This document shows, one piece after another, positions 1 through 13,809 of a stretch of DNA of 64,000 nucleotides. Within the stretch, counting starts at the first letter, position 1. Each line of letters starts with the position of its first letter. Made by a program: the position numbers and the translations under genes. Source of the DNA: Harriotta raleighana. Taxonomy: Eukaryota. A model generated the notes under the pieces. It had not been told where the DNA came from, did not search any database, and saw nothing but the letters and a program-made list of their open reading frames with translations. Location of the stretch: NCBI GenBank assembly GCA_050575255.1, contig JBNZDD010013724.1, forward strand, positions 7,485,658 through 7,549,657. The letters are read 5' to 3'.

Positions 1-219
1 AATTGTGTGCACACGCACGCACTTATTAAAGCGCACATGCACATTTATTAAATGTGACGTCAGTGACGGGCCCCCGAGGAAAATGTATCAAGTAGTGTGA
101 AGGCTCTCTGGGAAGAGATGCACATAGAAATGCGCATATTGGAAAAAGACGGACCGTCGCAGATGCCGTACTATAAGGCATTCCGGATTAACAGTTGCCA
201 GATTAAAGGAATTTTACTG
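1..219. mobile_element. Right end of a Tigger/pogo-like (Tc1/mariner) non-autonomous DNA transposon
   Basis: Ends ...CAGATTAAAGGAATTTTACTG followed by TA, similar to the right TIR of the MITE at 30644-31288. Confidence 0.55.
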
Positions 220-220
220 T

Positions 221-530
221 AATAGTAATCATAATAATCCATATATTTGATATAATGCTTTTGCATCTTCTGGACGTCTAAAAGCACTACACAGAATATA
301 CGGTAAAATGAATTGACTGTATATAAGCGGGCGAAATACAGCAGCCAATTGCACACAGCAAAGTCCCATAAACATTGAAATGCATTGAAATGACCAATTT
401 ATTATAATTATTTTGAGGAATTATTAGGCATGTGGAGAAAGGAAACTTGCCCAAAGTTTTGCCCTGCCTGGAATTGAACCCAGGTCTCTCGCTTGTAAGG
501 CGAGTGCTCTCACCACTGAGCTACAGGACT
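221..530 (-). mobile_element. tRNA-derived Deu-type SINE with L2-like 3' end and (ATT)n tail
   Basis: Head GTCCTGTAGCTCAGTGGTGAGAGCACTCGCCTTACAAGCGAGAGACCTGGGTTCAATTCC (A/B boxes), body GCTGTGTGCAATTGGCTGC; many copies in the window. Confidence 0.9.
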
Positions 531-1255
531 CCACACATACAGTATATGTTGTTAATGCTGGTGTCCAATTATATTGCATTTTGTTTTGCCAAGTTTCAAT
601 TGTTAAATCCAATAAAAATGTAAATTCCCCAGCAAACCGTTAATACTAGCAGTTTTATTTTAAAAATCTGCATTCGGATAATTATCAATATTCAATAGAA
701 AATAGTTCTATTAAAAAATTGAACTAAGTAATTTGAATACACTTTTTTTTATTCCTACAAGCACTCTTCTGTATATTTGCAAAAGAATAAAACTGCATTT
801 GCAATTTAATTAAACTTTTTAGATTAGCAGTATTTGATACAACAGCATGAAAATATTTAATTGTACCCATATCAATTGGACTGTGATATTCCAACAGTTG
901 GTAATATTTGGTATAATATAAATGGTTTGAAAATATAATTGACAGAGTTGAGACTGTACAGCAATGTTACTGCAGTTATGTTATTCAAGATCTAACTGGA
1001 AATGTTAGTTAATACTGTCTATGAGTTCATCTGAATTCGCTGAAAACATTCGTCAAATGTATTTGCGATGAGAATACATGTCTCCTCAACATTTGTGTTT
1101 GATTGAGTAAATCGAGAATAAAGTAAGTAAAATGTAGCCACACACTTCAAAAAAGCTAAATAGGCTGCACAATATGACTTAAATATTAGTACTGTAGCAC
1201 GTGTTCATCTTAGTTGTATAGATCAACGTTTTGAAGCAGTTTGGGCTTTTGATGG

Positions 1256-1552
1256 CTAAAACACGAGTGCACATCTATTAATGTCTGATAACCAACTACC
1301 AATTTCAAATGACTGTAATGGGAATTTTACCTGAATCAGTTCCATTATGTACATGGACCTTAAGCGATTTAGTAGAGTTGAAAGTAATTGATCAAACAGA
1401 AAGAGATACCTATATGAGTGGCATTCTGTTCCTAACACTTTCCATGAGCTCACTGTGGAGCGTATCTGTGTTCAGTGTAGCATTTAAGATTTCAACTGAG
1501 GACTTGGTGAGTTTTGTTAGACTAACTTCTGATATTGTCACTTGCAGAACAC
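1256..1552 (-). pseudogene. Ig V-like exon remnant
   Basis: Acceptor ctctttgctag| then phase-1 VLQVTISEVSLTKLTKSSVEI; frameshifted KCY and TVSSWKV; then NSTKSLKVHVHNGTDSGK; internal stops. Confidence 0.55.
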
Positions 1553-1810
1553 CTAGCAAAGAGACAGTTTAAAGATTCATGTAAATAAATATCAGACATG
1601 CTCATGATAATTAGGAGGTGTAATGTGCCTGAAATTGTCTTGCTTTTTGAATACATAGTCGAAATGAGTAAAATTTAGTCCCATAATAACTTGACCCTTG
1701 ATAACCAAGCACATTGTATATCATAGGTGGACAAAGTAATATCGACTTAAATAATTCATGTTTATGTAACAATTTCAAATAAATGGAATTTTTGCTTTTT
1801 GTGCAGTTTG

Positions 1811-2950
1811 CAACAACAACAAAATTACACTTGTATAGTGCCTTTGACGTCGGGAGGACATCCCAAAGCGCTGAACAGTCAGGTCAGGACCCGAGCAGGG
1901 TGAGGGGGATGTCGGGGGGAGGGGGAAGGAGAGTGGGAGAGGGGGAAGAGTTGAGGGGGAGCCAAAGGTGCAGTCGAGGAGGAAAGTCTTGAGACTGGCC
2001 TTGAAGGAAGAAAGGGAGGAAGCAAGGCAGAGAGACTGCGGGATGAAGTTCCAGAGTGTCGGGGCAGAGAGGCTGAAAGCCCGGCCACTGATGGTTGGGC
2101 GGTGAGGCCTGAGTCTGCTGAACGGAGGGTGCGGGCAGGCTGGCAGGGAGACAGCAGATCAGAGAGATAGGCGGGTGCAAGGCCGTGAATGGCCTTGAAA
2201 GTGAGGACGAGGATCTTGAATTCGATCCTCTGGGCAATGGGGAGCCAGTGGAGATGGGCGAGGGTGGGAGTGATGTGGTCACGAAGCCTGATGCGGGAGA
2301 GTACACGAGCTGCAGAATTCGGAATGACCTGCAGCCTATGAAGGGAGGAGTTGGGAAGGCCGACGAGGAAAGAGTTCTGTAGTCAAGCCTGGAAGTGATG
2401 AAGGCGTGAATGAGGGTTTCGGTGGCATGGGGGGTGAGGTAGTGGCGGAGCCTGCCAATATTTTGGAGGTGGTGGAAGGCTGTGCCAGTCATGAAGCGGA
2501 TGTGGGGGAGGAAAGGTAGTGCAGGGTCGAACAAGACGCCAAGATTCCTGATTGGCTTCGAGAGGTGGAGAGAGCATCCTTGGACGCTGATGTTGTCAGC
2601 GCCTGAGATGCGGAGACACTAGCGTGAGCCAATCAGAAGGCTTCCATTTTGTTGCCTTTGAGCTGTAGGAAGTTTGCACTCGTCCAGGACTCAATGTCAA
2701 ACAGACATGTAGTCAGAATGCCAGTAGTCCTGGAGTCGAGGGTGGACACGGAGGGTGTCGTCCGCATACATGTGGAAATTTACCCCATGTCTGTGGATGA
2801 TGTCGCCCAGTGGGAGAGTGTATAAGGTGAAGTGCAGGGGGCCAAGGACTGAGCCCTGGGGAACGCCGCATGGGACTGTGCAGGAGCTGGAAGAAAAACC
2901 ATTTGAGGAGATAAAGTGAAGGCAGTTGGAGAGATACAACCGGAGCCACT
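1811..2950 (-). mobile_element. L2-clade LINE, 5'-truncated (RT C-terminus + 3' UTR)
   Basis: [31 protein letters not shown]; (TTG)n tail. Confidence 0.95.
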
Positions 2951-3784
2951 CAGTCATTTGCACACCGTCATCAAACAAATACTGCTGTTGTATAAAGAAT
3001 GACCAATTATGTTATGTTGAATCGTAGTGTTATAGAATTTAGTAAACACCTTAGGGGGCCATTTGGCCCATCAAGTCTTCTTGTGACAATCTATGACATC
3101 TAGTCATTAACTCCCCTATGAGTGGAAATAGCTTCTCAGTGTTTCTCCTCAAAAAAACCTAATAATTTTATGAATCATATGATGTTGGCCCTTTTCACAG
3201 CAATTGTATGATGTATCCCTCTGCTGGAAATTTTCAAAGATTCTGTACCATTTATACTTTACGGTAAAAGGGGTCTTATAGACTAAGTATAGGTGAAATT
3301 TCATGGCCTCTGATTCTTATTGGAATATTTATATTATTTTAACAAGATATAACTCCATAAATGTCTCTAGAAAGTTTTCCTGGTGACAGGCATGCTACTC
3401 AGCAACTCATAGAATTGTGTTTGGTATCACAATTGAGAATCAAATGATTAACTCTGAAACATTTAATAAACAGTAAGACCAATTACAATTCCTGTTAAAT
3501 TCACCTATAAACGATCACTACACTACACAGCAAAATCCTGTGGAATACTTTGAGACATCCCAATGACGTGATACCAAATCCAAAGATTATTATTTTATTA
3601 TGAAATCGTGAACATATTGATAATTCTCAAAAAAAATTAGATTAGGAATAGTGAAATGCTTCTCATTGTTTGACAATCACTGAGCAAACTGCTAGTGAAT
3701 GTATTTTGCAGAACATGAGATTGAGAAGGTAATAAGATTTATTTTACGCCGAGTTTCTTCAAACCTGAATTCAGCTTTTGTTCT

Positions 3785-4120
3785 CAACAACAAAGTTACG
3801 TTTATAGAGCATTTTTCATGTTGGGAGGATGTCCCAAAGCACTGAACAGTCTGGGACCCAAGCATCGGGGAGGGCCATGGTAGGCGGGTCAGTAGAGAGA
3901 GAGGTGGGAGAAGGCACGATCGAAAAGCAGGGTCTTGAGACTGGTCTTGAAGGAGCCAAGGGAGGAAGTGAGGTGACTGGACTTTGGGATGGAGTTCCAG
4001 AGTGTGGGTGAAGAGAGGTTGAAAGCCCAGCCACTGATGGTAGAGTGGCTCGGGCGGGAGACATGGAGCAGACCGGAGCCCGCTGAATGGAGGGGGCGGA
4101 CAGGTTGGTAGGGAGTATAC
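3785..4120 (-). mobile_element. L2 LINE 3' fragment
   Basis: PTLWNSIP...SFKTSLKTLLF plus 3' tail. Confidence 0.9.
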
Positions 4121-4270
4121 CAATTTCTCAATTGTGTAATGACCTTCACATTATTTAATTTAGACATTTTCAACATGATTGATAATCCCATTACTCACCG
4201 GTTTCTGCNTGTAACCTTCACATTATTTAATTTAGACATTTTCAACATGATTGATAATCCCATTACTCAC

Positions 4271-4440
4271 CGGTTTCTGCAGAGTGCTTGCAAAGAGCAT
4301 AGCAGTCGGGCATCAATCCGCGTTTTAAGTAGTTCTTTCATGCAGACTACTTCCTCAGCAGCTCAAAGTAGCAACACAGTTCCCTGAAGGTCATTGTATA
4401 ACTTGATGTCCAATACAGATAATCATAAAAATACAAGGGA
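4271..4440 (-). pseudogene. Exon remnant with strong phase-1 donor
   Basis: ...RELCCYFELLRK*SA*KNYLKRGLMPDCYALCKHSAET G|GTGAGT; phase matches the acceptor at 1552. Confidence 0.4.
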
Positions 4441-4704
4441 GGTTCAGATGATGGTTAACATGGCCATGGTCCAAGCATTAAGTTTTCAGGAGGCTTTTAA
4501 AGACAGAGAGGGTAAAGTGGAAGGATTTAGAGAGGTGTTTCAGAAATTAGGGGAGCAGTGGCTGAAGGTGGTGGGGCAGTGAGCTAGCAGAATATGTAGC
4601 ACATTTGCCATCCAGTTAATTGAGCTGGCAAAAGTCAGTGAGGCAGGGAAGACCAAGGCAATATAGGGGTTTTTAGTCATTCAGAACCCAGTGATTCAGA
4701 TCAT

Positions 4705-5448
4705 GTCATTCTCCAAGCCAGTCAGGAACCTAGGTGCCTTGTTCGACACTCAACTGTCTTTCCTCCCCCACATCCAAGCAATGACTCACTGTGCCTTTCC
4801 CCATCTCTGCAACATTGCCCGATTCCGCCACTACCTCACCCCCAAAGTCACTGAAACCCTCATCCATGCCTTCATTATATCCTGGCTCGACTATGTAAAT
4901 GCCCTGCTTGTCGATCATCCAAATTCCTCCCTTCACAGCCTGCAGATGATTCAGAAATCTGCAGCCATTGTCTTCTACCCTTCCAAACTCTGTGACCCCA
5001 TCTCCCTTATCCTCACCCGACTCCATTGGCTCCCCATCACCCAATTCAAGATCCTGATCCTCACATTCAAAGCCCTGCACCACCTCGTTCCACCCTACAT
5101 CCGTGACCTTCTAACCCCTTACAAACCTATCCACTCCCTCCGCTCAGGAGGCTCTGTCCAGCTCCACGTCCCCCGAACCATCCGCCCCATCATTGGCGGG
5201 CAAGCCTTTAGCCACTCTGCCCCCAACTTCTGGAACTCCATCCCGCAGTCCCTCTGCCTCGCCCCCTCCCTGGCCTCCTTCAAGTCCTGCCTTAAAACTC
5301 TCCTCTTCGATGGTCCCATCGGCAACTCCTAATCCCCCCTTCCGTTCCCAGCTCGATCTGACACAGTGACTGTCCAGCGCCTTGGGACATCCTCCTGACG
5401 TGGAAGGCGCTATGCTATAAAGTGTAATTTTGTTGCTGTTGTTGTTGT
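4705..5448 (+). mobile_element. L2 LINE 3' fragment
   Basis: VRNLGALFD, LIHAFIISWLDY, LHWLPI, FKSCLKTLLF; (TTG)n tail. Confidence 0.95.
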
Positions 5449-7393
5449 TCCCATTGGAATTTGGTAGGCCATGCAAACATTTTGAGTTTAAAAATTCCAA
5501 TAAAGCAACATGAAATCATTTTAAAAACTGATTCTACACGATTTTACATTTTTAATAGAACACACATCACCACTAATAGTTTCATGGAGAATATTTCTAT
5601 TGCTTGTATAAAAATAGCTTCTAACTGCTTGTACTGTGGCCAGCACTAGTTATTTGGTTGTTCCCTGACTGTCATTAACACTTAGTAAATACTGTCTGTG
5701 GATGTAAAAGCTGCATGTGTTATTCTTCTAACGGACACAAGAGGACAGTAGAGAAGTATAGTGAGTTGAGTTCACAGCAGAACCGAATCCTTCCTTGCGC
5801 TTTACACTAAGCAAAAATAAATGGAGGTGTTAAAAACAGTTCTGGATGAAAACAAGCCAAGCAATATAATTTTTGATGTGGCACAGAGAACAGAGAGAGA
5901 GATTTGAATGATTGACTGAAAAAAGATTCCCAAAGTGCTGTTCTGTTTACTGCTTTGTAACATATAAATCATGTGTGGCTAATCCATTATTGTTCGAGAT
6001 AATTCATGAATTGACAGCACATAAGACACTCCAAGTCTCTCGTTGACTTAGATTTGGAGAAAAGTTTTGTAACCAAAAGCTTTACTATAGTGGGATGCAG
6101 GTGCACTGAATGTATGCCTTTGGTTTAATATACCTTACACTTAAAATCATGATGGAGTTCAAGGTTTTTCCACTGAAGATACTTTTTGCAATTGTTGTTT
6201 CGACTGCAAGATGTTCTTTGGAATAGGAATGCATGGATGCTCTTGTCAGTCTGCCTAGAGAGAGTAATGTATCATTAAAGGTTAAGTAGATATTTAATTA
6301 AATAACACCATCAGATTGGCTGGGGGATTGGTACTCTTTCCTATAAAAGTCCAATGTTCTGAAACCTAANCCCAGCTCGATCTGACACAGTGACTGTCCA
6401 GCGCCTTGGGACATCCTCCTGACGTGGAAGGCGCTATGCTATAAAGTGTAATTTTGTTGCTGTTGTTGTTGTTCCCATTGGAATTTGGTAGGCCATGCAA
6501 ACATTTTGAGTTTAAAAATTCCAATAAAGCAACATGAAATCATTTTAAAAACTGATTCTACACGATTTTACATTTTTAATAGAACACACATCACCACTAA
6601 TAGTTTCATGGAGAATATTTCTATTGCTTGTATAAAAATAGCTTCTAACTGCTTGTACTGTGGCCAGCACTAGTTATTTGGTTGTTCCCTGACTGTCATT
6701 AACACTTAGTAAATACTGTCTGTGGATGTAAAAGCTGCATGTGTTATTCTTCTAACGGACACAAGAGGACAGTAGAGAAGTATAGTGAGTTGAGTTCACA
6801 GCAGAACCGAATCCTTCCTTGCGCTTTACACTAAGCAAAAATAAATGGAGGTGTTAAAAACAGTTCTGGATGAAAACAAGCCAAGCAATATAATTTTTGA
6901 TGTGGCACAGAGAACAGAGAGAGAGATTTGAATGATTGACTGAAAAAAGATTCCCAAAGTGCTGTTCTGTTTACTGCTTTGTAACATATAAATCATGTGT
7001 GGCTAATCCATTATTGTTCGAGATAATTCATGAATTGACAGCACATAAGACACTCCAAGTCTCTCGTTGACTTAGATTTGGAGAAAAGTTTTGTAACCAA
7101 AAGCTTTACTATAGTGGGATGCAGGTGCACTGAATGTATGCCTTTGGTTTAATATACCTTACACTTAAAATCATGATGGAGTTCAAGGTTTTTCCACTGA
7201 AGATACTTTTTGCAATTGTTGTTTCGACTGCAAGATGTTCTTTGGAATAGGAATGCATGGATGCTCTTGTCAGTCTGCCTAGAGAGAGTAATGTATCATT
7301 AAAGGTTAAGTAGATATTTAATTAAATAACACCATCAGATTGGCTGGGGGATTGGTACTCTTTCCTATAAAAGTCCAATGTTCTGAAACCTAA
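5347..7393. repeat. 1023-bp direct duplication around a single N (probable assembly artefact)
   Basis: 5347-6369 is repeated at 6371-7393, separated by N6370. Confidence 0.9.
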
Positions 7394-8149
7394 ATACCAA
7401 ATTCAGAGTTTCTATAGGGACCAGATCGCTGATAATGATGTTGTAAGAAAAGGGCACACAATTATGGGCCTGCAGTATCTCATATTTACTGGCTTCCACA
7501 ACAACAATGTACATTATATAGGTCTTTCACATCAAGAAGCTGTTTCAAAATGCATCACACAGCTGAATGGATTTTTCAAATCAAAATATATATATTTATT
7601 GGTTGATATATATTTACGCTTGTCTCAGACAGTATCAAACCCACTACAGAAAAGAAGATGGAACTTGTTATTATCCCTTCTCTCTTAAATATTAAAACAA
7701 AGTAATCTAAGGCCTTAAAAAGCAGCTCCCTGCACGTTTCCTGCACCTCATCCCCTATTTATCTATCTGTAAATTCAACTTTAAGAGATGTATGACCATA
7801 CCTATGGTCACCTTCCCCTTCCACTTTGTTTCACGGCAGCCCTGCCACTATACACTCTACAAGTTGTTGTTACTGTTGTTGCGCTTGTGATATGTAAACC
7901 CCAAACTGTCCCAATTTTTTGAAAGTGTAAGACTTGCATAGACTACTAGTTGCCATATTAATTGTCGCTCACAAAACAAACAGGCACTACATTTTACAAT
8001 ACTGTATATACTATAATGCATTTTGAAATGCCATCCATAAGTGAAAGATGCTATAGAAAATGCATTATTATTATTTATTATATACCTGAGGATATCCCTT
8101 TGCACTCTTGATCATGGTTTAAAACAAATCTGTGAAGTAATTATTCACA

Positions 8150-8655
8150 TCTTCTAGATTTCTCAAAGGGCTTCACAGCCAGTACTGTGAAATAAATTGA
8201 CTGTACATTTGTGGGCAAAACATGGCAGCGAATTACGCACAGTGATGTCCTACAAACAGTCATGGATTGAAATGACCAATTTATTATTGTTTTCTTGAGG
8301 GATTATATTGCCAGCACTTTGGGACATTCTCCCCAGTGCCTTGGGATGTCCTCCTGATGTGAAAGACGCTATACAAGTGTGTGATTTTGTGGTTGTTGTT
8401 GTTATCAGGTGTGTGGATTAAGGAAACTTGCCCAAGGTTTTGCCCTGTCGGGAATCAAATCCAGGTTTCTTGTTTGCAAGATTAGTGCTCTTACCACCAA
8501 GCTACAGAACTTGTATATCCTAAAGGCTTTTCANATGGATTAAGAAAACTTGCCCAAAGTTTTGCCCTGTCGGGAATCAAATCCAGGTCTCTTGTTTGCA
8601 AGATGAGTGCTCTTACCACCAAGCTACAGAACTTGTATATCCTAAAGGCTTTTCA
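8150..8655 (-). mobile_element. Deu-type SINE interrupted by an L2 tail (about 8310-8403); head duplicated across N8534
   Basis: SINE body and head motifs; embedded gccttgggatgtcctcctgatgtgaaagacgctatac...(ttg)n. Confidence 0.8.
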
Positions 8656-8859
8656 AGTAGTCAGCTTATTGCTCCTTGCTTTAGCTCATTATTCTTTTTG
8701 AATTGGAGGTGTCTTGTATTAGTAACCATGGCCTTGGCCTTTCACCCACACAATGAGGTTTCCCAATGTAAAATAAACCCTATGTTATTGGCTTTCAACA
8801 ATGACGTGTACATAAAAACATCAACTAAGGTAATAAAAATCAATTGTTTCCCATGTGTA

Positions 8860-9132
8860 ACCTTGGTAGATTTCAAAAGGTTTCGAGCAAGTACCTTAGA
8901 AAATCCATCCATTTTGCTCAGAATTAAGTTCATTTCTATGCAATGCACCTACTATAAATACGAATAGAGTGCCCGATTGTGTAGACTCAACTACCTCAAG
9001 ATGCATAACAGATTATTTTTCGATCAATGCGAGACACATGCCAGATTTTAATACAGTGGAAAATTACTGAGCCGCCTTTACAAAGCAAGTCAATTAAAAC
9101 CGACTTTGTTTCGAGTCTCCAGGGAAAGGACA
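8860..9132 (-). pseudogene. Ig-like exon remnant
   Basis: Acceptor ttgcttag|; GGSVIFHC (B strand) and, in another frame, ALHRNELNSEQNGWIF* (E-F strand like). Confidence 0.45.
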
Positions 9133-9171
9133 CTAAGCAAATGCATTAATTTATCCATTTATTATGTGGAG

Positions 9172-9455
9172 AGCTGAAGCTCAGGAGTTAGAGCACTCGC
9201 CTCGCAAGCAAGAGTCCTGAGTTTGATTCCAAGCAGGGCAAAACTGTGGGCAACTTTCCTTATTCCACACCCAGGGCTTTAAAAAATGGTCACTTTAATG
9301 CACGACTGTTTGTGGGACACTACAATGCACAATTGGCTGTGTTTTGCCCACAAATATAGTTAATTCACTTTACAGTATATTCTGTGAAGCGCTTTGAGAC
9401 GTTTAGAAGATGATGAAAAGCGCTATGTCAAATGCAAGGATTTTTATAATTATTA
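9172..9455 (+). mobile_element. Deu-type tRNA SINE
   Basis: tRNA-like head, GCACAATTGGCTG body, AAGCGCTTTGAGACG...GCAAGGATT tail. Confidence 0.9.
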
Positions 9456-10121
9456 TCCAAATGAAACCTGCTGTTTGCTAACTAAAGAATTTACCGAAGT
9501 GAAACAAAGTAGGTTTATTAAACAAACCGCAAAATACTGTAGCTGAAGAAAGTCTAAATCAGAAATCGCTGGAAACACTCAGCAAGTCAGGCAGCAACTA
9601 TGCAGAAAGAAAAGGAAGTCAACATTCTGAGGAAGGGTCGTGGACCTGAAACGCTGCCTGATCTGCTGTTCCCAGCAAAGTGTTCCCAGCAAAATCTGTT
9701 TATTGTTGGTCATAAGAACTCAATGTTTATTGACTTCCTTTTGCTAGGTGGGAGGTTGGAGGAAATTGCTTTATTACTTCTCTATTATTGCTCGTCGGGG
9801 TCACAAATTCTATTAACACAAATGTCTAATCAAGTGATTTTATGGTGCTCATATTCGCTCTTTAAAAAAATCATATCGGATATAAGAGGGCTGGAATTCT
9901 TCAAGATCTTAGACTCAAAACAGTAACATTTAAGATGTGTACAAATTTGGAAAGAATCTTCAATTCTGTCTTAATTTGGAAGCTCTTTTTCCTTTTATTT
10001 AAAAATTGGAATGAAGTTAGAAATGTTTTTAAATTATGTTTGACCTTAACCGTTAAAAAGATCTGATCTTAATCTTTAAAATGAAGACCATGAGAATGTT
10101 GAGGCCTTAAGATATTTTGGA

Positions 10122-10375
10122 ATAAGAACATAAGAACATAAGAATAAGGAGCAAGAGTAGGACAATCAGCCCCTCGAGCCTGCCCCTCCATTCAATAAAA
10201 TCATGGCTGATCTTCTAATCTAACTCCACCTGCCTGCCTTAACCCCATATCCCTTAATCCCTTTATCCATACGAAATCTAGCAATTTCAGTCTTGAATAT
10301 GTTCAAGGACTGACGATCTGCAGCCTTATAGGGTAGAAAATTCCACAAATTCACTACCCTCTGAGTGAAGAATAA
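10122..10375 (-). mobile_element. CR1 LINE 3' end
   Basis: FFTQRVVNLWNFLP...FKTEIARF; (TTCTTATG)n octamer tail. Confidence 0.92.
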
Positions 10376-10636
10376 GTAAAGTGAAGTAACCATAATAGGC
10401 CACAAGATAGATCAAATAGAGAAAAAGGAATAAGGTTAAAAACTACTTGTTCTCCAAGTGAGATTTAAGTAAGTATTAAGTACTAAATCATTAGTGAGAA
10501 TTAAAGTAAACTGAATCCAATTACTGTACTTGATTGTGACTGAATATTCAGCTTTGTTTAAAGTTTTCAATTTAGCGGGTTGCTGATTGCAAATAAGTTT
10601 AACTAATTTGTGTTATTAATGCTGTACTACTTAAAT

Positions 10637-11500
10637 CATTCAACGTGCTTATTGGCCTCCCCAATTCCTGTCTCCATAGGTTGCAGATCATCCAGAACTC
10701 TGCAACCCGTATCCTTTCCTGCATCAGGCTCTGTGAACCTATCAACCCCATTCTCACCTGATTCCACTGGGCTTCCCATTACATAGAGGATTGAATTCAA
10801 GATCCTTGTCCCCGCTTTCAAAGCCTTCCATGCCATACCCCCACAAGCCCTAATAATAATAATCCTTGCATTTATATACTGCTTTTCTCATCTTTTAGAC
10901 ATCTCAAAGCGCTTCACAGGATATACTGTAAAGTGAATTGACTGTATATTTGTGGGTGAAACTCTGCAGTTAATTGCGCACTGCAGTGTCCTACAAACTG
11001 CCACGGATTGAAATGACCATTTTTTTTCAGGGATTATTAGTAGGCGTGTGGAGTAAGGAAATTTACCCAAGATTTTGTCCTGCCTGGAATCGAACCCAGG
11101 TCTCTCGCTTGTAAGGCAAGTGCTCTAACTACTGAGCTACAGGACTTTACAACCTACCTCTGTGACCTCCTAACCCACTGCAAACCTATCCATTTCCTCT
11201 GCTCAGAGGGCTTTAGCCTGCTCCATTTTCTGCACTCACCCATCCCACCATTGGCGGGCAAGCCTTCTGCCACTCTGCCCCCAACCTTTGGAATACCATC
11301 TCGTAATCCCTCTGCCTCGCCCCCTTCCTCTCAAGTCCCACCTCAAGACTCGCCTTCTCAACCATGCCATCGGTCACCTCCCCCTTCCCTCCACTCTCCT
11401 TGATCCCGACCAAAGCTTGGGTCTGAAACACTTTCTGTCCAGTGCCTTAGTATGTCCTCCCAACGTGGAAGGCACTATACAAATGTAATTTTGTTGTTGT
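10637..11500 (+). mobile_element. L2 LINE 3' fragment split by a SINE insertion
   Basis: L2 ORF2 end (LQIIQNSA.., EFKILV..) resumes after the SINE at about 11148 and runs to the tail. Confidence 0.85.
10851..11146 (-). mobile_element. Deu-type tRNA SINE, full length, nested in L2
   Basis: Intact A/B-box head and (ATT)n tail. Confidence 0.92.
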
Positions 11501-12129
11501 ATTTTGCTATAAATCATATACAAATGTAATTTTGTTGTTGTATTTTGCTGTACTTGGCCCACAATTGAATGTGATGTGTAAACGCCCTATAACTAAAAGT
11601 CATTGGGTATTCTAAAACCTTCAGAAAGTTGAGTGTAACTGTAATTAGAGGATGTTCAAGCATAATCACAGTTCTTGCAAGTTGGCCATGTCATTGAAAG
11701 TTATGTGGTTGCATCATTTAGTGATCTGTCAAAGTTGGTTATTCAATAAAAAATAATCAATAATAATAATGATTGCTTTAGATAGAGAGCTTTATCACGT
11801 CTTTTAGATGTCTTAAAGTATTTCACAGATGTAGCACGTAATTACTGTGCATTTTATAGGCAAATAAGGCAGCCGATTTGCAAGCAGCAATGTTTCACAA
11901 ACAGCCGTGAAGTGAGTGACAAATATTATCTGGGGGATAAAACAAAGAATGGTCGGCAGCGTAAACTCTCAGACAGACTGCCTGCAAATATCCCGCTAAC
12001 TGATGCACTGTTTTTACCACAGTTCATAGTAGAATGAATTGATGTCGCCTTGGAAATAGTAAATCTTCTTCCATGTATGAGCTATTTGCGCGAGTTGCAG
12101 GTGTCATCCAGCGGTGAATGGTCTCTGCA

Positions 12130-13260
12130 CAATATGGAAATTGTTATGCCCCAAACTATCATGAAAGCTAGATTGAGTTAAGTTTCTAAAAGATGAAATA
12201 AACTCTCTCATAAACTAGATGAAGGCTGTTTTGATTTTCAAAGTGTAGCTTGATAATAAAAGACAGATTTGCAAAAATCTTCAGTAATGATCCAGTCAGA
12301 GCAAATGGTAAATATAAGATAGAGGAATTCAACCGTTCTTTTTTTCCACAAAGGAACGGTATAAGAACATAGGAAAATATTGACAAGAAATTTCACCTGG
12401 ATCTGCATTTATTTAATTAATACATGAAGCTTAGATTATCCAGAATTCAGCAAATTATTGAATTTGGTTCTTAATTTTGAAGTTGTTTTTCTGAAGTTCT
12501 TAAAACCACTTACAGAAAGCTGGCTTCAAAACTAAGGTTATTTTGAAGAATTTGCCAACTTCAGGATACCTAACATGCTACGTAAATAGAGCAAATGTAG
12601 ATCCTGGTGGAATGTTTCCCCACATATTCTTTTCAAAATGACTTCACCGTAGTCACCTCTATTATTGTCAGTTTGTTGGATGGTAAAAATTTAATTCTTG
12701 GTGAATTGCCGACCACACGAACTGAAGCATTGCACTTTTTTGACCTTCCCTGTTAAACTGCTGCATTGNTTTTACCGTAGTCACCTCTATTATTGTCAGT
12801 TTGTTGGATGGTAAAAATTAAATTCTTGGTGAATTGCCGACCACATGAACTGAAGCATTGCACTTTTTTGACCTTCCCTGTTAAACTGCTGCATTGCGTC
12901 TGTGATTTATGAAGGTGTCCTTACATAAAATAGAACTACCTACCACTGATAATGATTGCAAGAAAATAATTATAGAATTGATACTGATGGGATAATCACT
13001 GAAGCAAATTGCTGAACTTATTAAAACTGCTGACTATTTAAATATCATAAATTAAAAGTTTAGCAATTCCCTTCCACTGATCGCAAGAAACCAGTTTCAC
13101 CTGACACTGGGTATTTGGTGCAATGAAGCCTTAGAGTGCAAAAGAATCGTCAGGGCAGAGAATATGATTGGAGTTATCTCCACACTCCCTTACATTGGGA
13201 AATTTTCTGATTTTTAATGGAGTGAGCATTTAATGGGAAATCCCATTACAATCTAGTGCA
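12130..13260 (-). pseudogene. Two to three Ig-like domain remnants
   Basis: IKCSL / KGVWR / WKGIAKLLIYDI (12980-13260); KKCNAS / RIYICSIY (12570-12930); GEISCQY / SSYTLKI / SLHLVYERVYF (12190-12420). Confidence 0.45.
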
Positions 13261-13809
13261 GTGTCAATCCCTAGTCACTTACACCTTACCATAAATCTTG
13301 TGAAGCCCTTGACATTTTGACAACTTGATGCGGCATTGTATCAAATGCAAAGGGTTATTATTGATATAAAGTAGAAGAATGTATCACCAAAGCCTGAGAT
13401 CTTAGCAAGTAAACAGTGCATAATGTGTACTCATTGCCAAGGTCAGTAGATATACCAATAAAGGAAGAAGAATCCCCTCTAGTGCCCACCTAATTTTACA
13501 ATCAACATTAGATTACTAGTTTCATGGACGCTAATAAGAATTAATGATAACCATTTATGTTTATGAAATGTAATCACTTTCAAATAACCGTATTGTGTTA
13601 ATAAAAAGCCAAATGATGTGCTTTAACATTCATCAGTAGCTCTATTAGCTACTGTGCTGCATTCGCCTCCAAGTTTGCCTGCAAATGCATGCTGTGATCT
13701 AATCTTGAGCTGGTTATTATACATTCTAAATCCAGTGTTTGATGTTTAACTTGATGTCTATTCAATTATCTTACACGATTGCATTAATAGGTTGAAATAA
13801 GCATGAGCT

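Noticed and set aside
1309-1572. 87-aa plus-strand ORF
   Set aside because: No recognisable homology; better explained as the antisense shadow of the minus-strand Ig-like remnant.
5347-7393. 1-kb tandem duplication and twin 62-aa ORFs
   Set aside because: Apparently identical copies separated by one N; assembly overlap artefact.
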